Shown here: piece after piece, positions 57,301 to 64,000 of the stretch | How positions within the stretch are numbered: the first letter of the stretch is position 1 | Layout of the letters: the number at the start of each line of letters is the position of its first letter | Source of the DNA: Eledone cirrhosa | Lineage: Eukaryota | Direction: 5' to 3' | Assembly: GCA_964016885.1 (NCBI GenBank) | Contig: OZ024740.1 | Span: forward strand, 263,624,001 to 263,688,000 | Length of the DNA: 64,000 nucleotides | Notes under the pieces: generated by a model | Seen by the model: only the letters and a program-made list of their open reading frames with translations | What the model was told of the DNA's origin: nothing | Databases searched by the model: none | Translations under genes and position numbers: made by a program

Positions 57301-57361
<61 letters not shown>
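57250..57361 (+). repeat. (CT)n microsatellite
   Basis: Direct inspection. Confidence 0.95.
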
Positions 57362-57364
<3 letters not shown>

Positions 57365-57509
57365 ATTCATCATACACTTGTTTATATTACATAACTGTCT
57401 CTAAATTATCCTCCATTTCGCTTTCTTCCTTTCTTTCTCTCATATAAGACATACATCTCAAGTTTTCACAAGCACACACTCATATTTTCACAAATACACT
57501 CTAAAGACA

Positions 57510-57670
57510 GTCGTGGTTGTGTAGTTAAGGAATTTGCTTCGCGACCACGTGGTTTCGAATCAACCTCCGTTGCGTGTCACATTGGGCAAGTTTCTTCAAC
57601 TAGAAGCTCGCTTTCCTCAATCCCCAGTGAGTGATATTTAATAGACAGAAACTATGCAGAAGCCCATTGC
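57510..57670 (+). mobile_element. Degraded tRNA-derived SINE
   Basis: gtggttgtgtagttaag..ttgggcaagtttcttc..gtgagtg..agacagaaact. Confidence 0.55.
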
Positions 57671-57749
57671 ACACACTCATATACACGTTTATTCATACAC
57701 ATACTCACTCATAAACACAGACACGCACACATATATACATACACGCACG

Positions 57750-57821
<72 letters not shown>

Positions 57822-57823
<2 letters not shown>

Positions 57824-58095
57824 AGGCACGTGGCATGTCGTAAGAGTGTTGGACTTACGATCATAATGTCGTGGGTTCGATTCCTGGGCTGCGTGTTGTG
57901 TTCTTGTGCAAAACACTTAATTTCACATTGCTCCAGTATACTCAGCTGAAAATGAGTACCAGCAGTAGCTGGAGGTTTAACTATGTGATAGACTGGTGTT
58001 CTGTCCAGAGGGGAGTCTTGTACTCTCAGTCACTTCTCGCCATGAAACCGGGATAAGCACCGGCCAAATGAGCCTTCTGGCTTAAGACATACTTT
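57822..58095 (+). mobile_element. tRNA-derived SINE with Meta/V-like domain
   Basis: B box ggttcgattcc; ttgctccagtatactcagctgaaaatgagtacc; tail gaaaccgggataagcaccggcc. Confidence 0.85.
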
Positions 58096-58284
58096 AGAGT
58101 TTTTTTAGATATATATATGCATATATATTATATATCTATATGTATCTAGCTATCTAGCTATCTATCTCTCTCTATATAAATGAAACTGTTCTAGTCCAAT
58201 AGAAGCTATTTCTATATTAAATATTGTGTATACTCTACTATGTATTGAGTACCTTACTAACTGTGGTTACCCCCGATTGAACCA

Positions 58285-58333
<49 letters not shown>

Positions 58334-58952
58334 ACACATATATATATATATATGTATATAAACATATGCGTGTGTTTGTGTGTGAGAATACTGTTACGGA
58401 ACGTAGTGGTTCGACAGCAAGTGTACTAGATATCAACGAATAAGCACTGAGGTCAATATGAACGGCTAAGTCCCTTCAAGATGTTTTTCTAATATGACCC
58501 ACTCAAATGACTGAGACTAGTAAAAAGAATTCTAAAATATCATAGTGTACTTTTAAACACACTCGTACCCGCCTCTCTCAGCCCCTCTTTCTCTCTCATT
58601 TGTAAACATCTTATCACATTTTTTTTTCTGTGCATAAATCTACTGCATCTAACAATTCTTTGCCAATCGCTATTTCATACATACTAATTCTAGCTTTTAC
58701 CCGCTTTCAATTTCTCTCACTAATCCCTACCACACAAAATGTACGTGTGGCACACGTAAATTGTGAGTCTGCAGAGAAGCGAAACATGTCTAAATTTCAG
58801 TATTACTACATTTTTCTTAAGCCTTGTTATTGATTACATTCTATCATTCTAGAAAGAAGTGGAATGATTCGCCTTGGTATATTGGTAACACAGACTTCTT
58901 GGAATAAGATTGGATGAATTTTATTCAAATACGTTATAGATAATATATCTTT

Positions 58953-58989
<37 letters not shown>

Positions 58990-58990
<1 letters not shown>

Positions 58991-60025
58991 TGGTAGATCA
59001 CTGGAAGGTAATATCCGTAGTGGTAGAGCATTCAGTCCATGGGACGAGTTAAGTAGGAGTGGTTACACAACAGTTAGTTCACCATACTGAGAACAATTGT
59101 TTCACCTTAGCGATTCCTCAGCTTGTAATGGACATGGTTATACGGAACAGGAAGGACGACCGTGCGAACGCGCAGGTGCAGAAACGATCCTGTTCACACA
59201 AGCAATACTAAATTGCGTGCGAGAGGTGTAAGAGAGATAACTGTGACAGTTCGAATGTTTCTAGTTGATAAGAAAATTAGGATGTTGTTGTAATTCAATC
59301 GGGGGCTTTGTAGTTATGTAAGAGGTGTTTCCAGACGTGTGGACAACGTGTGAAGAATTCAACACTTGATTTTAGGCAATCACTATTGCGTCATCTCTTT
59401 AGAATATTTATTCGTTCATCAATACATCGTCCACACAACGAATTGCCTCTTGCGTATGTCTTGGACTTAGTGATGGCTTTCCATTGAATGGAGTAGTCTA
59501 TACATGAGTACTTGAGGGACCAACGTGGCTCGCGAGTTTCGTGGATGAACGTCTGTCCGGGTACCTAAAAGTCGACTGGTGGTTCAGGAAGCATTCTTTA
59601 AATCAGTCCTCCGCTATACCCACATAGGATTGGACCTCCTGGGGTTGATTTGGTCGGGTGGAAATTACCACAGCGTCATAAACTATAGCAGGTGTGTTGC
59701 ATTGCTGTTGAAGGGGACATACTTAGGGCTTACGGCAAGAGCATCCTGGTGAGGTGTTGCTCTTAGGGCTGTTGGTGATATGGGCCTTCATGTTCTTAGC
59801 GCAGGAGTATCCTAGTTTTACTTTGCGTCGGTTAAAGATGGAGCGGTATTTATGACCTATGAAAAAGTTACTATCTAAGAGGGCTAGAGATGTTTTTCCT
59901 ACATTGGTTTTAACGTTGAGTGAGAAGGGAGGAGAGAACCAGATAGTTTGTCTATTGTTACGCTTTCTTTTCTTATTGCTGTTGTTGATAGTGGGAGAGT
60001 AAGTGATAGGTTGCGAGTAGCCGTC
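58990..60025 (-). mobile_element. Inverted 3' part of a Naiad-like PLE (GIY-YIG, 3' UTR, HHR 59085-59127)
   Basis: IWFSPPFSLNVKTNVGK, IFNRRKVKLGYSC, CSCRKP*VCPLQQQC, IVYDA..SYVG; CTGAGGA..GAAA caattg TT; ends in TA. Confidence 0.9.
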
Positions 60026-62392
60026 GTGTGGACTATGTATTGATGAACGAATAAATATTCTAAAGAGATTACGCAACGTCCACACGTCTGGAAACACCTC
60101 TTACATAACTACAGAGCACCAGATGAATTACAACAACATCCTAATTTTCTTATCAACTAGAAACTTTTGGACTTTCGCAGCTATCTCCCTTACACCCCTG
60201 GCGCGCAATTTAGTATTGCCTGTGTGATGTGATCGTTTCTGCGCATGCGCGTTCGTACGGTTGTCATTCCTGTTCCATATAACCATGACCATTACGTGTT
60301 GAGGATCCGCTAAGGTGAAACAATTGTTCTCAGTATGGTGAACTAACTGTTGTGTAACCACTTCTACCTAACTCGTCCCATGGACTGAGTGCTCTACCAC
60401 TACTGATATTACCTACCAGTGTTCTACCACTATATACGTCTCCAGCAACGTTCAGCAGATTTTTTTACTACGTAGAAGTCGGGCGTTTAGCAGATTCTTC
60501 ACCACGTGCGAGTTTGGCTTCCTACCCTGTGAGCGCTCCCTATATCCTCGTGTTCTACACAACTTCGTGTCTCATCAACGTGAGTATGGATTTATACGAA
60601 CTGGATTACTCCCTGAAGAACATTCCTACCCCCCTCCAAACAGGATTACCAAAAGCTTCTACAAAAAGCGGAAGATGTCGTCAGACGCCTAAGGTGGCGA
60701 GCCCTAGCTTTTGACGCCAAAATTACATGCACCAGTAACACCTTCAACCTGAAATCGAGAGCCTACCCTCCTAAGGTAACTGAACTTGCTCCTTTCGAGG
60801 CGGAACTTCTTGACATAGACGCTAACATTTCCTTTCGCAAACACCCTAACACCTTTCAAACTAAACTTAGAAACGATATTAAGAAATTTAGGTCTTCTAA
60901 TAACACTTTCGTTCTTTCCGACAAAACTAATAATATTTACAAAGTCGACAACACCACTTTCCGCCACCTGACCCATAACGCTATTACTTCCAAATATAAG
61001 AAAGCTAACCCTATGGCCTACCACGACATTAATACAGAAGCCAAAGAACTTGCCGTGGTCCTTAAGGTAGATAAGAAGCGAAAATCTCTAGCTAAGCGGG
61101 AGGCGTTCCTCACCCTGAATGATCACAATGTAGACTTTACCTCTAACCCCACATGTAGACAACTAAACCCGGCATGCACAGATATGGCCCTAGTCAGTAA
61201 GGCCATACTTAGAAACATAGTTAAGACCATTAGGACCAAGTCCAGCCTGTCCCAGTGGGAGAACAGCGACTCCGTAATTAAGTGGTTTAACTCCTTCAAA
61301 TCCAAAAAAGCGAAGTAGACACAGTTTGACATTGTTGAATTAGGCCCGTCGATCTCAGAGACCCTGTTAAACAAAGCGTTGGACTTTGCTACCTCTTACA
61401 CTACCGTCCATGGTTTAGACAGGGGAATCCTCGAGCACTGCCGGAAAACCCTCCTCTTCAATAACGGAGTAGCCTGGGCAAAAAAGTTAAGTTCAGACCA
61501 ATTCAACGTCACCATGGGATCGTTTGACAGTGCTGACGTATGTGACTTGGTTGGCCTATTTATTTTAGACATATTACGTGTTAGATTCCCGGACTTTCAC
61601 ACGGGAATATACCGCGACGATGGACTGACCCTATCGAGCCATGAAAGTGGTCATCACCTCGACCGGTTTAAATAAGGATTAGCTTCTACCTTCGATGAGT
61701 TAGGACTTAGGATAACAGTAGCTATCAACCTCTCTAGCGTAGATTTCTTACACATTAATTTAGACCTTCGCACACACACCTGCAGACCCTTCCATAAGCT
61801 TAACGAAAAACTCAATTAAATGCGCAAGGACTCATACCACCCTCCCACTGTTTTTAGAAACTTCGCAAATAATATCAGTACTAGAATCTCAAACCTCTCC
61901 TCTAATAAGGCTATCTTTGACAGAGCGGCACTCTACTATAACACGGCGCTAACTCACAGCGGCTTCTCCAACCTATCACTTACTCTCCCCACTAACAACA
62001 ACAGCAATAAGAAAAGTATGTATAACAATAGACGAACTATCTGGGTCTCTCTTCCTTCTCACTCAACGTTAAAACCAATGCAGGCAAAACATTTCTAGCC
62101 CTCTTAGATAGACACATTCCCATAGGTCATAAATACCGCTCCATCTTTAACCGACCCAAAGTAAAACTAGGATACTCCTGCGCTAAGAACACGAAGGCCC
62201 ACATCACCAACACCCCTAAGAGCAACACCTCACCAGGGTGCTCTTGCCATAAGCCCGAAGCTTGTCCCCTTCAACAGCAATGCAACACACCCGCTGTAGT
62301 TTATGAAGCTATGGTGACTTCCAACCGACCAAATCAACCCCAGGATGTCCAACCCTATGTGGGTATGGCGGAGAGCCGATTTAAGGAATGCT

Positions 62393-62395
<3 letters not shown>
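60026..62395 (+). mobile_element. Naiad-like PLE: upstream pLTR copy plus disrupted RT/GIY-YIG ORF from ATG 60586
   Basis: MDLYELDYSLKNIPTP, SDKTNNIYK, PTCRQLNP, QWENS, MGSFDSADVCDLVG, GIYRDDGL, CSCHKPEACPLQQQC, VVYEA..PYVG; multiple stops and frameshifts; cut by TA at 62396. Confidence 0.92.
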
Positions 62396-62435
<40 letters not shown>

Positions 62436-62440
<5 letters not shown>

Positions 62441-62960
62441 TAAAATAATGAATATACAAAGAAACAGTTCCTTATATTAAAAAAAAATCATCATTTTACG
62501 ATCGTTTCTAGGATATATGTGTGTTAGAGTTGGTATGCATATTCTATAGATCTATGTACAGTATTTATACAAACTATCAGAGGGAATATACATACCTACA
62601 CATATATATGCTGTCTTCAGAATTAATTATTTCTGAAGACAGCATATATATGTGTAGGTATGTATATTCCCTCTGATAGTTTGTATAAATATTGTACATA
62701 GATCTATAAAATATGCATACCAACTCTAACACATATATATCCTAGAAACGATCGTAAAATCATGAATTTTTTTTAATATAAGGAACTGTTTCTTTGTTTA
62801 TTCATTATTTTATTAATTTATCTTGACTCTGTTTTCCGTTTATTTTTCACCGAAAATAGTTTTTGAATGCATCTTCTCTTTTCATGATATCCGGATTACA
62901 TTGAGTTCTTCATACGGATTGGACACTACCGTAAACTTTTGGTAGATTTATCTACTATAT
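62436..62960. mobile_element. Foldback (62436-62817, ~187 bp arms) with an HHR on each strand, plus tail
   Basis: attattt CTGAAGA cagcatatatatgtg...cacatatatatccta GAAA cgatcg TA aaatcat at 62626-62763; mirror copy at 62490-62625. Confidence 0.85.
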
Positions 62961-63026
62961 TAGAGATATATAGATATGTTTCTTTATTTATATATATATA
63001 CATAGATAGATAGATATACATATATG

Positions 63027-63099
<73 letters not shown>

Positions 63100-63113
63100 T
63101 TTATATATATATG

Positions 63114-63147
<34 letters not shown>

Positions 63148-63368
63148 GTGTTAGGTAATTCCAAAGGAAAAGCAAAGGAATATATATATATATATATATA
63201 AATATATATACATATATATGAAAAAAGTAAATGTCGTTCTACATGGCTCAATACAGCAAATGCAATCTAGGATTTTTGAATATGCAAAACAGGCCGATCA
63301 GTCACCGTGTATTTTTTGAAAATATCATATATTTTCACCAGCTCTGAAAGTTTCGCTGCTGAACAGTT

Positions 63369-63416
63369 AGCTGTACTGATGAAGGGTGATACCCAGAAGC
63401 ATCATTGTCTGCAGTT
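63369..63416 (+). ncRNA. Hammerhead motif with GAAG variant
   Basis: agctgta CTGATGA agggt gat accca GAAG ca tcat tg TC tgcagtt. Confidence 0.6.
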
Positions 63417-63591
63417 CTGTTCGCATGCCAACACAAGAGCAATAATGAAGTGTTCATTCTATTGACACTAGGATTGAGGGTTGGTTGCATAATTGCAAAC
63501 TGGACGAATGTTATTATTAATATGCGAAAAACCCAAATTGGATTTACATATATATATCATGTTACCTTATGTTACCTGATGAGAACACAAT

Positions 63592-63635
63592 TTTTGTCCG
63601 AGGATGATTTTGTATTCGAAATGCGCATAATAAAA
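63592..63635 (+). ncRNA. Hammerhead motif, CCGAGGA core
   Basis: ttttgt CCGAGGA tgattttgtattc GAAA tgcgca TA ataaaa; stem II weak. Confidence 0.6.
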
Positions 63636-63774
63636 TATATGGAACTCTTTTAACCACCTTTTAATTTCTTCTGTATTATTATTATTATATATATATATAT
63701 ATATATTGAGTATATGTTGGTTTGTGAAACCCATTTCAAGAACATGTCTACCTGTCTTTTCAACACCAATTCGG

Positions 63775-63829
63775 ACTGCCTGAAGAGGTCACAGCCAATA
63801 ATAGCTGTCAGCGAATTATATATAGCAGT
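63775..63829 (+). ncRNA. Hammerhead of the 19836 family, GAAA mutated to GAAT
   Basis: actgc CTGAAGA ggtcacagcca..tagctgtcagc GAAT tatata TA gcagt. Confidence 0.7.
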
Positions 63830-63876
63830 AAATTTATAATTTATAATAAACGAAGTCAAATTTTTCATATTTGTTT

Positions 63877-63929
<53 letters not shown>

Positions 63930-64000
63930 TGTATAATCAGTGATATACACAGATACTAAAGTTTCGTTGGCTTTAACAGTAATTTATTCTGTCTGCCCTA

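Noticed and set aside
59300-62395. Selenocysteine recoding as reported for some Naiad elements
   Set aside because: Conserved Cys codons I read are TGC/TGT; the TGA codons in one copy are CGA or TTA in the other; no SECIS seen

Overview
AT-rich eukaryotic repeat DNA. The tRNA-derived SINE families and heavy (TA)n load suggest a mollusc, probably an octopus; this is inference. I can support no host protein-coding exon, and almost all long ORFs in the track are microsatellite or minisatellite artefacts. Real coding signal comes from mobile elements: several Penelope-like retroelements (PLEs), including a near full-length YRDD-type Naiad-like copy with an inverted 3' duplicate, a 5'-truncated CR1-group LINE with an open RT frame, three RTE-derived non-autonomous elements and a mariner relic. 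Most retroelement pieces abut (TA)n tracts. The hidden layer is RNA structure. There are roughly 20 intact or degenerate minimal type I hammerhead ribozyme (HHR) motifs, many with palindromic stem III and many with a CCGANGA core. Three dispersed 57-nt motifs carry the hammerhead core in a non-circularly permuted, pseudoknotted order with covarying stems I and III and identical spacing. There is also a 327-nt retrozyme-like HHR repeat, a conserved bulged 3' hairpin shared by unrelated families, and many foldback insertions. All structures were read by eye; none was folded or tested.
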